Source of the DNA: Patescibacteria group bacterium
Lineage (GTDB): Bacteria > Patescibacteriota > Patescibacteriia > UBA2591 > JAQUPP01
DNA length: 64,000 nucleotides
Reading direction: 5' to 3'
NCBI GenBank assembly: GCA_041649955.1
Contig: JBAZMD010000002.1
Location: 7,709-71,708, forward strand
Every line of letters starts with the position of its first letter. The first letter of the stretch is position 1. The notes below the pieces were generated by a model, which did no database searches, was not told where the DNA came from, and saw only the letters and a list, made by a program, of their open reading frames with translations. The translations under genes were made by a program, and so were the position numbers. Shown here in pieces: positions 1-8,688 of this stretch.

Positions 1-73
1 TATTGGAACATATCTGTAATTTTTCGGTATTGGACCGTCTCGCTCATTGAGATTAATTTCTTTAAGATTCATT
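1..73 (-). CDS. hypothetical protein, N-terminal fragment (gene continues beyond window start)
   Basis: ATG at 73 on minus strand preceded by AAGGAGG Shine-Dalgarno (complement of 77-83); sigma70-like promoter upstream at 127-154; reading frame open to window edge. Confidence 0.35.
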
Positions 74-126
74 ATTCGCCTCCTTTGTTAAAATAACTGA
101 TATTTTATATCTTTAATATATAAAAT

Positions 127-154
127 ATTATAGCCATTTTTTGTTTTTTGTCAA
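127..154 (-). promoter_or_regulatory. sigma70-like promoter (TTGACA-16nt-TATAAT on minus strand)
   Basis: complement of 149-154 = TTGACA, complement of 127-132 = TATAAT, 16-nt spacer; drives the partial gene at 1-73. Confidence 0.45.
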
Positions 155-221
155 TCCCTCTAAACTTAACGAAAAATGACCCCGCGAATTAAAGCGAGAT
201 CATTTTTAATTTTATTCTTCG

Positions 222-467
222 TCAATAGTCGTCTATAGTACCATTCATGAGCGCGCAAAACCAACCGAGAAGACCGACACCTATAAAAAACAGAGTTATA
301 ATTCCAACCACTGTTAATCCGCCGCAAACAAAATATGCAGAAAAAGCGTAAGAAAAACATCCCTGATTCACCAACTGATTAGCGTCAATAAAACCGAAAT
401 AACCTTCTGACCAGCCGATTCCCAAACAAATACAAAGAACTATAAACAGCACTATTGCCTTTCTCAT
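222..467 (-). CDS. small hydrophobic protein with N-terminal signal/TM segment (81 aa)
   Basis: ORF with SD GGAGGA 7 nt upstream; own promoter TTGACA-17-TATGAT at 520-548 (minus strand). Confidence 0.4.
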   Translation of the reverse strand: MRKAIVLFIVLCICLGIGWSEGYFGFIDANQLVNQGCFSYAFSAYFVCGGLTVVGIITLFFIGVGLLGWFCALMNGTIDDY

Positions 468-519
468 TTTTCCTCCTTTCTTTTATTAATTCCAAACCTA
501 ATTGCTTAGAATTATTAAT

Positions 520-548
520 ATCATAACGCAAAAATCATTTTTTGTCAA
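520..548 (-). promoter_or_regulatory. sigma70-like promoter for 222-467 gene
   Basis: complement of 543-548 TTGACA; complement of 520-525 TATGAT; 17-nt spacer. Confidence 0.4.
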
Positions 549-614
549 TAAATAATTAAAATACAAAAACCGAGCCTAATGCTCGATTTTTGTTGAATAG
601 TTAGATTTTATTTT

Positions 615-920
615 TTATTTTCTAATAAATTGAGTCTTGAAATCACAATTAAATACTCCGGCAATTTCTTGAAGCGTACTGATGGTTAAATTCTGTTGGC
701 CTGTTTCCATTCTGGCGATATTACTCTGCTTTGTTCCTATTTTTTTTGCCAATTCTGCTTGGGACATTTTTCTTTGTTTGCGCAATTGCAAAATTTGGTA
801 AGCAATTTCCAATTGTTTACCATATTCATCATAATATTTTTTAAATTTAGGTTCTTTTAATTGTTCGGCGAGATATTCTCGAAAATCTACCGCCTTTTGT
901 ATTTTTTTAATTTTATTCAT
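615..920 (-). CDS. higA: XRE-family helix-turn-helix antitoxin (HigA-like)
   Basis: 101 aa; HTH motif MSQAELAKKIGTKQSNIARMETG; overlaps upstream toxin gene by 8 nt; toxin-first (HigBA) order. Confidence 0.7.
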   Translation of the reverse strand: MNKIKKIQKAVDFREYLAEQLKEPKFKKYYDEYGKQLEIAYQILQLRKQRKMSQAELAKKIGTKQSNIARMETGQQNLTISTLQEIAGVFNCDFKTQFIRK

Positions 921-1290
921 ATATTTCTTTATTACTTAAAACATCATTATAATTTTCTTCCGCTCTTACTATTTCGGATTGAGGAGTTTTGGCGGTTGTC
1001 TTTAAAAAAGCATGAAGTAAAATTATGGTCTTTTTTATAAAAGTAAAGTAAAAAATTCTGTGCCTTTGACGAGCGAAATCAACCCGCAATTCTCTAATTT
1101 TACCCTTAATATGTTTAGAATAAGGCTCATCTAAAACTCCTTGATGTTCTCGCAAAAATTCAATATATTTCAAAACTTTCGCTTTTTCTTTATCCGATAA
1201 TCTATCAATATATTCTTTAACTGAACTACATTCAGTTTGACTATCTTTATAAAATTTAACTTTATATTCATTATTATTAGTATATATCAT
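913..1290 (-). CDS. higB: RelE/HigB-superfamily toxin, Gp49-like (PF05973-like)
   Basis: 125 aa; motifs KIRELRVDFARQRHRIFYF and ILLHAFLKTTAKTPQSEI typical of phage Gp49/HigB-like toxins; directly upstream of and overlapping the XRE antitoxin. Confidence 0.7.
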   Translation of the reverse strand: MIYTNNNEYKVKFYKDSQTECSSVKEYIDRLSDKEKAKVLKYIEFLREHQGVLDEPYSKHIKGKIRELRVDFARQRHRIFYFTFIKKTIILLHAFLKTTAKTPQSEIVRAEENYNDVLSNKEIYE

Positions 1291-1299
1291 ATATGATAT
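1284..1299. promoter_or_regulatory. perfect 16-bp palindrome ATATCATATATGATAT overlapping toxin start codon (putative TA autoregulatory operator)
   Basis: self-complementary 16-mer read directly; TATAAT (-10, minus strand) at complement of 1309-1314 just upstream. Confidence 0.35.
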
Positions 1300-1338
1300 G
1301 TGTCAATATTATAATTGTGGATAACTTTTGCCATAAAT

Positions 1339-2067
1339 TTAGATTGAATCTTGATTCCCACATTTAGGACATGCAACAGTCTCATGATTAATCACTGAAG
1401 CTGTCGCAATGAATGGATCTTTTTTAATCTTAAATCTATAGCCACAATAGGAACATTGATGCACTGTTTTTCCAAATAATGAAATGCCACTTGCCGGGAA
1501 ATAATCTTCTATTTCTGGCGTTACGGTGATTGGTCCTATCTGGGACGACAGAGTAACTTTTTCTTTTTTTAATTCTTCAATTGTTTCTTTAATTCTCTTT
1601 ATTTCTTCCTTGTCTTGTGGATTTTTCTTTAGCTCTTCAAGTTTAAGATTATATTCTGTAATTAATTTCGTATATTTTTCTTCTTGTTCCATCAGCCACT
1701 TTTGAGTAATTTTATTCTGCTCCCCAAAAAAATCATCTATTCTTGTCTTGAATTCTCTTTTATTCTTCTCTAATCTTATTTTAAATTCTCTACCTTGCAT
1801 CCATGTTATAACAGCAAAAATTATCGTAAAAATCATAACCAAGAAAGTGAGTATAGACAATATGATGTTATACGGATTCCACCTAAATGACAGTTGTTGA
1901 TTAACTTTTTCCAAAATATTAATATATTTTGCATCTAAAGCGTTAGTGGCTTGAGATATTTCTGAATTTTTTGGCTGATTAATTTGAGCAAAAGAAAAAT
2001 TATAAAAACCAAAAAACAACATACTAAACAAGATAAAACATAATATAATCCTAATTAATTTTCTCAT
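1339..2067 (-). CDS. hypothetical membrane protein with coiled-coil region and C-terminal CxxC..CxxC zinc-ribbon
   Basis: 242 aa; N-terminal hydrophobic signal-like segment, second TM, KE-rich coiled coil, C-terminal CSYCGYRF...CPKCGNQ. Confidence 0.5.
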   Translation of the reverse strand: MRKLIRIILCFILFSMLFFGFYNFSFAQINQPKNSEISQATNALDAKYINILEKVNQQLSFRWNPYNIILSILTFLVMIFTIIFAVITWMQGREFKIRLEKNKREFKTRIDDFFGEQNKITQKWLMEQEEKYTKLITEYNLKLEELKKNPQDKEEIKRIKETIEELKKEKVTLSSQIGPITVTPEIEDYFPASGISLFGKTVHQCSYCGYRFKIKKDPFIATASVINHETVACPKCGNQDSI

Positions 2068-2087
2068 AGTAAATATTTATAAATAAT

Positions 2088-3947
2088 TTATTTCTGTTCT
2101 GTATATTCTCCCTCTATTGGTCCTTCGTCTTTCTTTTTTTCTTCTGTTGGACCGGCCTCTGGCTGTGCGCCCGGAGCTTGCGGACCAGGTGCTTGCTGAT
2201 ACATTGCTGCGCCGATTTTTTGAACCGTGTCGCCTAAATCTTGAATCGCTTTTTTAATTACTTCAATATCATTCGCGTCTTTAACTTTTTTCAATTCGGC
2301 GACTTTATCTTCAACTTGCTTTTTGACATCAGCCGGAATTTTATCGCCGCCATCTTTCAAACTTTTTTCGCAAGTATAAATTAAAGTGTCGGATTGATTG
2401 CGCAAATCAATTATTTCTTTTTTATTTCTGTCTTCAGCGGCAAATTGTTCGGCCGCTTTTTTCATTTTTTCAATTTCTTCTTTGGAAAGCGCGGAAGTAT
2501 CTTTAATGGTAATATGCTGAGATTTTGAAGTGGCCTTGTCTTTGGCTGTGACGGTTAAAATACCGTTTGCGTCCAAATCAAAACCGACTTCAACTTGAGG
2601 AATGCCTCTTGGAGACGGCGGAATGCCGTCTAAAATAAATCTGCCTAAAGTTCGGTTGTCGCCGGCCATCGGTCTTTCTCCTTGCAAAACATGAATTTCC
2701 ACTGAAGTTTGATTATCAGCCGCAGTAGAAAAAACTTGAGATTTTGTGGTGGGAATAGTCGCATTGCGGTCAATAATCGGCGTCATCACTCCGCCTAAAG
2801 TTTCAATTCCCAAAGTAAGCGGGGTGACGTCCAAAAGCAAAACATCTTTAACTTCTGTTTCGCCGGCTAAAATCGCGCCCTGAATTGCCGCGCCCATTGC
2901 CACGCATTCCATCGGGTCAACGCCTCGGGCGATTTTCGGGCCGAAAATATTTTCAATAAATTTCTGGACAATCGGCATTCTGGTCGGACCGCCGACTAAA
3001 ATAACTTTTTCAATATTAGCCGGTGTAAGTTTGGCGTCTGAAATCGCCTGCTCAATTGAAACACGGCAGCGATCAACGATCGGTTTGACCAATTCTTCCA
3101 ATTTTGCCCGAGTAATTTTCATTAATAAATGTTTTGGACCTTCATTGGTGGCAGTGATAAACGGCAAATTAATTTCCGTTTCCAAAGCCGAAGACAATTC
3201 AATTTTCGCTTTTTCAGCCGCTTCCTTAACTCTCTGAGTTACCATTTTGTCGGCTTTCAAATCCACACCTTGCTCTTTTTTAAATTCATCAATGATATAA
3301 TTTATCAAAGCTTCGTCCATATCAGTGCCGCCGAGTTTGGTGTCGCCGGAAGTGGAACGAACTTCAAAAACGCCTTGTCCGAAATTCATAATCGTCACAT
3401 CCAATGTTCCGCCGCCGAGATCGAAAACCAAAACTTGCTGATCTTTTTCCTGAACTTTATCCAAACCGTAAGCCAAACTGGCCGCGGTCGGTTCATTAAC
3501 CAAACGGACTATTTCAAGTCCGGCGATCGCTCCGGCATCTTTGGTTGCCTGTCTTTGCGCGTCATTAAAATAAGCCGGTACGGTAACTACCGCTTTTTCC
3601 ACTTTGTCGCCTAAATACATTTCCGCGTCTTTTTTTATTTTTTGCAAAATAAAAGCGGAGATTTGCTGAGGCGTGTATTCTTTGCCGAAAATATTATATT
3701 TAAAGTCAGTGCCCATTTTTCTTTTTGCGGCCAAAATCGTGCCTTCCGGATTTGCCACTGCTTGGCGGCGAGCCGGTTCACCGACCAAAAGTTCGCCTTC
3801 TTTGGTAAAAGCAACATATGACGGGAAAGCTTTTCCGCCAACTAAAGTTGTCCCTTCGGCTGAGGGAATTATTTTTGATTTGCCCGCTTCCATGTAAGAA
3901 GCAGCTGAGTTAGATGTTCCTAAGTCAATTCCTATAATTTTGCTCAT
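2088..3947 (-). CDS. dnaK: molecular chaperone DnaK (Hsp70)
   Basis: 619 aa; [30 protein letters not shown] hallmark Hsp70 motifs. Confidence 0.95.
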   Translation of the reverse strand: MSKIIGIDLGTSNSAASYMEAGKSKIIPSAEGTTLVGGKAFPSYVAFTKEGELLVGEPARRQAVANPEGTILAAKRKMGTDFKYNIFGKEYTPQQISAFILQKIKKDAEMYLGDKVEKAVVTVPAYFNDAQRQATKDAGAIAGLEIVRLVNEPTAASLAYGLDKVQEKDQQVLVFDLGGGTLDVTIMNFGQGVFEVRSTSGDTKLGGTDMDEALINYIIDEFKKEQGVDLKADKMVTQRVKEAAEKAKIELSSALETEINLPFITATNEGPKHLLMKITRAKLEELVKPIVDRCRVSIEQAISDAKLTPANIEKVILVGGPTRMPIVQKFIENIFGPKIARGVDPMECVAMGAAIQGAILAGETEVKDVLLLDVTPLTLGIETLGGVMTPIIDRNATIPTTKSQVFSTAADNQTSVEIHVLQGERPMAGDNRTLGRFILDGIPPSPRGIPQVEVGFDLDANGILTVTAKDKATSKSQHITIKDTSALSKEEIEKMKKAAEQFAAEDRNKKEIIDLRNQSDTLIYTCEKSLKDGGDKIPADVKKQVEDKVAELKKVKDANDIEVIKKAIQDLGDTVQKIGAAMYQQAPGPQAPGAQPEAGPTEEKKKDEGPIEGEYTEQK

Positions 3948-4045
3948 AAATTTTACCTCATTTTATATTTAATAATTAATTAATTGATTAATCGGCGAGA
4001 AGTAATCGCCAAAAAAAGTGTCGCACAGTCCGAACGGGCATGGTC

Positions 4046-4063
4046 TCCGACGAATGTCGGAGG
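4046..4063. repeat. GC-rich hairpin CTCCGAC-GAAT-GTCGGAG within a ~150-nt GC-rich intergenic element (3990-4140)
   Basis: 7-bp stem read directly; same stem sequence as in-frame insert in pgk (45064-45083). Confidence 0.5.
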
Positions 4064-4142
4064 AGTGAGGACGAGCGCCAAACGGCAATTCGCACGCTGG
4101 GCGAATTGACCGTGTCTTTTTTTGGTGATTGCTTCGAGCCCT

Positions 4143-4625
4143 TTACTTGATAATAACTTTTGCCGGCCTAATAACCCGATCATGCATTGTATATCCGCTT
4201 TGAATTTCTTCAACAATTTCATTTTCTTCACCTTGTTTGTCAATTGCTTCATGAAACATGGGATCAAATTTTTCTCCCAAAGTTTTTATTTTTTCAATAC
4301 CTTGCGCTTTTAAAAAACTTTCAAATTGGTCTTTAATTTTTAAAATACCGTTTGTCCACTCGCTTCGTGGTGAGCTTGTCGAACCATTGTCTTCTATTTC
4401 CGGCAGGTTTTTTACCGAATGATCAAAGCTGTCCATAATCGGCAAAAAATTCAAAATTAATTCCAAATTGGCGAATTTTATCCATTCAATTTTTTCTTTA
4501 TCAATTTCTCTTTCGCGGTTAAGATAATCGGCTTTGGTTCTTTTCCAGCCGTTTAAATATTCTTCCGCTTGTTGTTTGGCTAATTCGAGCTCATCTTGTA
4601 ATTTTTTAATTTCTTCGTCAGACAT
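4143..4625 (-). CDS. grpE: nucleotide exchange factor GrpE
   Basis: 160 aa; coiled-coil N-terminus, C-terminal MHDRVIRPAKV motif typical of GrpE; between hrcA and dnaK. Confidence 0.9.
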   Translation of the reverse strand: MSDEEIKKLQDELELAKQQAEEYLNGWKRTKADYLNREREIDKEKIEWIKFANLELILNFLPIMDSFDHSVKNLPEIEDNGSTSSPRSEWTNGILKIKDQFESFLKAQGIEKIKTLGEKFDPMFHEAIDKQGEENEIVEEIQSGYTMHDRVIRPAKVIIK

Positions 4626-4629
4626 AAAT

Positions 4630-5334
4630 TTAAACTTTGTCCAATATTTCTTTGGCGTATTCTATTAAAGCTATATTTCTGTTGTAGTCCATTCTCATTG
4701 GCCCCAAAAGACCCAATACTACACCTCTTTTTTGATTTGGCGTATGATATTTGATTAAAATCGTTCCGCAAAAATCACCAAACGGATTGCTTTGCCCCAA
4801 AAAAACGCGGTGGTTGCTTTCTATCTCGTCAAAAATTTTGGCAACGGTTTGATCTAAATGATCTATAATTTGCGAAACATTATAAACCACGTCCATTTGA
4901 TTAAATTCCGGCTGGCTGAATAAAGAAGAAAGTCCGGTGTAATAAAAATTATTTTTATCAAAAGCCAAAATAACCAGTCCGTTGGTCAACTCCGCTATTT
5001 TCTCGCCGATTTTCTTGGCTGAAATTTCCAATGACTGATTTTCTTTTTTAACGCTGTTTAATTTTCTTTTTTCAATTTGACTGACTTCTTCTTGCTGTAA
5101 AAAATTTTCAATATAATAATGATAAGCCTTTTCAGTGGGAATGCGGCCGGCCGAAGTATGCGGCTGGATTAAAAATTTTTTTTTGGTTAATTCCGTCATC
5201 TCATTGCGAATAGTAGCCGAGCTTATTTTTGATTCAAATTTTTCCGCCAAATATTCAGACCCGATCGGCTCTGCGGTTTTGATATATTGAGAGATAATGG
5301 TTTTAAGCAATTGATTTTGCCTTTGGGTTAACAT
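4630..5334 (-). CDS. hrcA: heat-inducible transcription repressor HrcA
   Basis: 234 aa; N-terminal winged-helix LTQRQNQLLKTIISQYIKTAEPIGSEYL; CIRCE operator immediately upstream; hrcA-grpE-dnaK order. Confidence 0.85.
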   Translation of the reverse strand: MLTQRQNQLLKTIISQYIKTAEPIGSEYLAEKFESKISSATIRNEMTELTKKKFLIQPHTSAGRIPTEKAYHYYIENFLQQEEVSQIEKRKLNSVKKENQSLEISAKKIGEKIAELTNGLVILAFDKNNFYYTGLSSLFSQPEFNQMDVVYNVSQIIDHLDQTVAKIFDEIESNHRVFLGQSNPFGDFCGTILIKYHTPNQKRGVVLGLLGPMRMDYNRNIALIEYAKEILDKV

Positions 5335-5443
5335 ACAAAAATATTATAAAGAGTATTAAACCTTTTTTATCTGCGTTTGCTCGGAAAAGTAATCTACATT
5401 AGTGGATTACTTTTCCCTCGCTCACTTGATAATAAACTAAAAA

Positions 5444-5470
5444 TTAGCACTCGTCAAGTCCGAGTGCTAA
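5444..5470. promoter_or_regulatory. CIRCE operator TTAGCACTC-N9-GAGTGCTAA
   Basis: perfect 9-9 inverted repeat with 9-nt spacer read directly, ~110 nt upstream of hrcA start. Confidence 0.85.
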
Positions 5471-5500
5471 TAATCTGTGGAAAACTTTTTTAAATACCGA

Positions 5501-7009
5501 CTATTTATTCGCTAAATCATTGGCGATTTGATAAATATCCCCCGCTCCCATAATAAGAACTACGTCGTTCGGCTGAATATTTTCTAAAATTAGTTTTTTT
5601 GTTTCTTTTAAATCTCGTCCATATAAAACTTTTTGCCCATTTTTTTGAACCGCTTTGACCAAATCTTTTGAACTTACATCTTGGTCTTTTTCTTCTTCTC
5701 GACCCGCCACATCATAAATTTCCGAAATAATCGTCAAATCAGCGCCTTTAAAACATTTGACAAATTCCTTAAATAATTTTTTGGTCCGATTGTGATGATG
5801 AGGCTGAAATACGGCCACGATTCTTTTTCCGGGATAAAATTCTCTGGCCGCCTGAATAGTGCCGGAAACCGCAGTCGGGTGATGAGCGTAATCACTGATA
5901 AATAACACAGACTGACACTGACTTAACACTGACTTACACTGACATTTTCTGTGTCCGTCTGTGTGCCGTCCGTGTAAGTCCGCGTTCATGATTTCAAATC
6001 TTCGCCAAATTCCGGAGAATTTTTCTACGGATTTTTTAATTACTTCGGGTTTAACGCCCAAAGCCAAAGCGCCGGCAGTTGCGGCCAAGACATTGTAAAT
6101 ATTAAAAATTCCCGGAACTTTTAACCGAAAATTGTAAATTTTGCCCTTAAAACATAAATCAAAAATTTGTTCGCCGTGTTTGGTAATAATATTTTTTGCC
6201 ATTACCTCTGCCTGACTTTTAATGCCAAAAGTTATTGTCTTGTTTTTGGATTTAATCTTTTTTAAATTAACATCATCGGCATTTGCAATCAGAATTCCAT
6301 TTTTAGGCAATTTTTTAATATATGTTTTAAAAGTTCTGATTAAATGATTAATGTTTTTATAATAATCAGTGTGATCCAATTCCAAATTATTCAGAATAAT
6401 CATTTTAGGCGACAAATTCAACATATGAGCTCGCCATTCGCAGGCTTCAACCACAAACACAGACTTACGCGGACAGGACACTGACCTACACTGACTGTCT
6501 GTCTTAGTCTGTGTTAAGTCCGTATTAGTCCGTGATATGCGTAGATTTCCATTCCATTGAGGCACCTTGCTTCCGACAATCACTAATGGGTCTATTTTGG
6601 CTTGTTCTAAAATTAAACCTAAAATCGCCGTGGTAGTGCTTTTGCCATGCGTGCCGCTGACAGCAATGGTAAATTTTTCTTTGCTTAATTCTCCCAAAAA
6701 TTCCGGATAAGAAAGCTGAGGAATGGATAATTTTTTTGCTTTTATTCTTTCCGGATTATTTTTTTCCACTGCCGGCGAATAAATAACCAAATCTGTATCG
6801 GCTGACAAATTTTCCGCTTCATGGCCTTGGTAAAATTTAACTCCCATTTTTTCCAGTTTCTTGATTATTTCGGAAGAATTCAAATCAGAGCCAAAAACTT
6901 TTTTGCCCTGTTGAACCATCATTTTTGCCAAAGCGCTGACCCCGATTCCGCCCAAGCCGATAAAATGTATTTTTTTGATTTTTCGCCCGCCTAAATTTTT
7001 TATTGACAT
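5501..7009 (-). CDS. murC: UDP-N-acetylmuramate--L-alanine ligase MurC (with two in-frame repeat-element insertions)
   Basis: 502 aa; GIGGIGVSALA, GTHGKSTTT, DYAHHP Mur ligase motifs; extra segments encoded by repeats at 5906-5984 and 6457-6532. Confidence 0.9.
   Translation of the reverse strand: MSIKNLGGRKIKKIHFIGLGGIGVSALAKMMVQQGKKVFGSDLNSSEIIKKLEKMGVKFYQGHEAENLSADTDLVIYSPAVEKNNPERIKAKKLSIPQLSYPEFLGELSKEKFTIAVSGTHGKSTTTAILGLILEQAKIDPLVIVGSKVPQWNGNLRISRTNTDLTQTKTDSQCRSVSCPRKSVFVVEACEWRAHMLNLSPKMIILNNLELDHTDYYKNINHLIRTFKTYIKKLPKNGILIANADDVNLKKIKSKNKTITFGIKSQAEVMAKNIITKHGEQIFDLCFKGKIYNFRLKVPGIFNIYNVLAATAGALALGVKPEVIKKSVEKFSGIWRRFEIMNADLHGRHTDGHRKCQCKSVLSQCQSVLFISDYAHHPTAVSGTIQAAREFYPGKRIVAVFQPHHHNRTKKLFKEFVKCFKGADLTIISEIYDVAGREEEKDQDVSSKDLVKAVQKNGQKVLYGRDLKETKKLILENIQPNDVVLIMGAGDIYQIANDLANK
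5906..5984. repeat. imperfect palindromic repeat element (CTGAC/TTAACACTGAC ... GTCCGTGTAAGTC) inserted in frame in murC, copy 1
   Basis: sequence cagactgacactgacttaacactgacttacactgac-attttct-gtgtccgtctgtgtgccgtccgtgtaagtccgcg; encodes extra loop ADLHGRHTDGHRKCQCKSVLSQCQSVL. Confidence 0.75.
6457..6532. repeat. same repeat family, murC copy 2
   Basis: cacagacttacgcggacaggacactgacctacactgactgtctgtcttagtctgtgttaagtccgtattagtccgtg; encodes TNTDLTQTKTDSQCRSVSCPRKSV. Confidence 0.75.
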
Positions 7010-7269
7010 AAATAACGTTTAAGTGATTTTTTAATATAATTTCTCCCCCACCCGGATTTAAAAAATCTTTCTCGTTCTTTGGCATCCCCTGAATGAAGAT
7101 ATGCTTCATAATAAACCAAAGTAAATGGCGCTCTTGATTTAGTAGACGTAGACATTTTATTATTGTGTTCTTCTAGTCTCTTTCTTAAATCTTTTGTAAA
7201 GCCAACATAAAATTTACCATCTTTCAAACTGCGCAAAATGTATACGTAATAAAAAATTTTGGCGGGCAT
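7000..7269 (-). CDS. GIY-YIG nuclease domain protein (stand-alone, 89 aa)
   Basis: YVYILRS..GKFYVGFTKDLRKRLEEHN GIY-YIG motif; stop overlaps murC start by 10 nt. Confidence 0.75.
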   Translation of the reverse strand: MPAKIFYYVYILRSLKDGKFYVGFTKDLRKRLEEHNNKMSTSTKSRAPFTLVYYEAYLHSGDAKERERFFKSGWGRNYIKKSLKRYLCQ

Positions 7270-7310
7270 GGCTATTATCTTACACTTTTTTTATAAAAAA
7301 AATAGCCCCC

Positions 7311-7997
7311 TTAATTCAGAGGGCTATTTATTTTATATTCTTCTTCTTTAGTTTCATTCTCTAAAAATTTTATAAATGTCGCTTGCGGACATTTTTCCGG
7401 ATATCGCAAACATTTATGCGTATAGATAGAATGAAGAGCATTTTCCCAATACCTTTTTTTATTTACCGGTATTTTTAATTTTCTAAGAATAATTTCTCCG
7501 TCTATCCAAGCTATCCACTCTGACCAAGGACAACTCACATGATCATCCTTGTCTTTTAACTCCATAGCACAAGCCATAAACTTTTTACGGCGGTATTGCA
7601 AAACATGGCCTATTTCATGTGCTAAACTATTAACTCCTCTCCACCGCAGCCATGGAATATAAATTGCCCTGAGATCCCTAATTTCAACCACATCATGTTC
7701 ACAAACCTTATTGCTACGATTAAAATGAAGTGCCGTATTACTACAAAATGCGCAAGGCAAACCCTTTTCTATGGCTATTCCATTTGATTCAGCATAAGCC
7801 AAAAACTTGGAAAAAACCGGCGACTTTTTTAAGTCGTATAATAATCTCCTGTTCTGATAAGGATGAATCAATCGAAATAAAACCTTATGGCAGAATGGAA
7901 TTAATACGCTAAAAGTCAAAAAATAGGCTAGCCCTACAAATGCTGCTCCAGCTCCGAATAAAATAATAAAAAATATTATTATATTTAAAAGATCCAT
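7311..7997 (-). CDS. putative membrane-anchored zinc metallopeptidase (HExxH)
   Basis: 228 aa; N-terminal TM helices; AHEIGHVLQ HExxH motif; SD AGGAGG; promoter at 8041-8069. Confidence 0.4.
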   Translation of the reverse strand: MDLLNIIIFFIILFGAGAAFVGLAYFLTFSVLIPFCHKVLFRLIHPYQNRRLLYDLKKSPVFSKFLAYAESNGIAIEKGLPCAFCSNTALHFNRSNKVCEHDVVEIRDLRAIYIPWLRWRGVNSLAHEIGHVLQYRRKKFMACAMELKDKDDHVSCPWSEWIAWIDGEIILRKLKIPVNKKRYWENALHSIYTHKCLRYPEKCPQATFIKFLENETKEEEYKINSPLN

Positions 7998-8040
7998 GAT
8001 CTCCTCCTAGTTTCCAAACTTTATTGTCTGGATTACTATT

Positions 8041-8069
8041 ATTTAAGCATATTTTTTGGTTTTTGTCAA
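8041..8069 (-). promoter_or_regulatory. sigma70-like promoter TTGACA-17-TTAAAT
   Basis: complement of 8064-8069 TTGACA, complement of 8041-8046 TTAAAT. Confidence 0.4.
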
Positions 8070-8107
8070 GATCTATTTTTTAAATTAATATATTGAAAAC
8101 ATATAAA

Positions 8108-8141
8108 TTAAAAAGACCCTTGCCGAACAAAAGCAAGGGCC
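8108..8141 (-). terminator. rho-independent terminator (CCCTTGC..GCAAGGG stem + T-run on minus strand)
   Basis: stem 8117-8123/8133-8139, A-run 8110-8114 on plus strand (T-run on minus), immediately 3' of 8160-8654 gene. Confidence 0.6.
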
Positions 8142-8159
8142 TCAGTTTAAATCTTTCTC

Positions 8160-8654
8160 TCAATCGTTTTTACGGAAACGAATCAATTGAGTGCCTTCGT
8201 TCCAACTATCCTCAAAAATGCCCAAAAAAAATTCACTGCTGCTTCCCTGATTTTTGAGGGTCGCCACACCATGGACTTTGTCAGAATTTACCCAGAGATT
8301 ATTTTTTTCGTCAAAAGACACTATTAATCCTTGTGGTAATTTATCTCTCTTGATTGCCCATAAAAGAGACAATCCAGGGGCACTGGTAAAAAACTTATCC
8401 TTCCCCTTGCGCAAGAAAGAAATGCAATATTCCGAACTTATTCTATGTTTGGCTATAAAAATATCAACCATACATTTTTCACCCGGTTGAAGCCTATACG
8501 ATACATTCCCAAAGTTTTTATCATTAATTGAATCATCATAGAAACAGAATTCTTGTCCGTGCTCTTTATAAAAATTTTCCAACTGCCCTTTGGAATTGTA
8601 ATCCCCTGGTACTTCTAACTTGATACTTTCCATAAAAACAATTCTTTTATCCAT
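8160..8654 (-). CDS. hypothetical protein, paralog A of tandem pair
   Basis: 164 aa; clear similarity to 8801-9415 product (LQPGEK/LVPGEK, GLSLLWAIKRD/GLFLAWQEAKD, SFDEKNNLWVN/SFDERSALWVD, FEDSWNE/FEDGWND); own promoter 8689-8716 and terminator. Confidence 0.6.
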   Translation of the reverse strand: MDKRIVFMESIKLEVPGDYNSKGQLENFYKEHGQEFCFYDDSINDKNFGNVSYRLQPGEKCMVDIFIAKHRISSEYCISFLRKGKDKFFTSAPGLSLLWAIKRDKLPQGLIVSFDEKNNLWVNSDKVHGVATLKNQGSSSEFFLGIFEDSWNEGTQLIRFRKND

Positions 8655-8688
8655 TCTCCCCCCCCTTTTTTTTAATTTTCTATTGTCT

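Noticed and set aside
166..360. 64-aa minus-strand ORF overlapping the 222-467 gene in another frame
   Set aside because: It overlaps an ORF that has its own promoter and RBS, and its product is R/F-rich low-complexity.
3031..3897. Four ORFs (3031-3237+, 3129-3614+, 3635-3841-, 3673-3897+) inside and opposite dnaK
   Set aside because: They lie within the highly conserved dnaK coding region, have low-complexity products and no RBS. They are classic shadow ORFs.
3980..4267. 95-aa ORF overlapping the grpE 3' end and the dnaK-grpE spacer
   Set aside because: The reading frame runs through a GC-rich hairpin-dense non-coding element and overlaps grpE. It is more parsimonious as a structured intergenic element.
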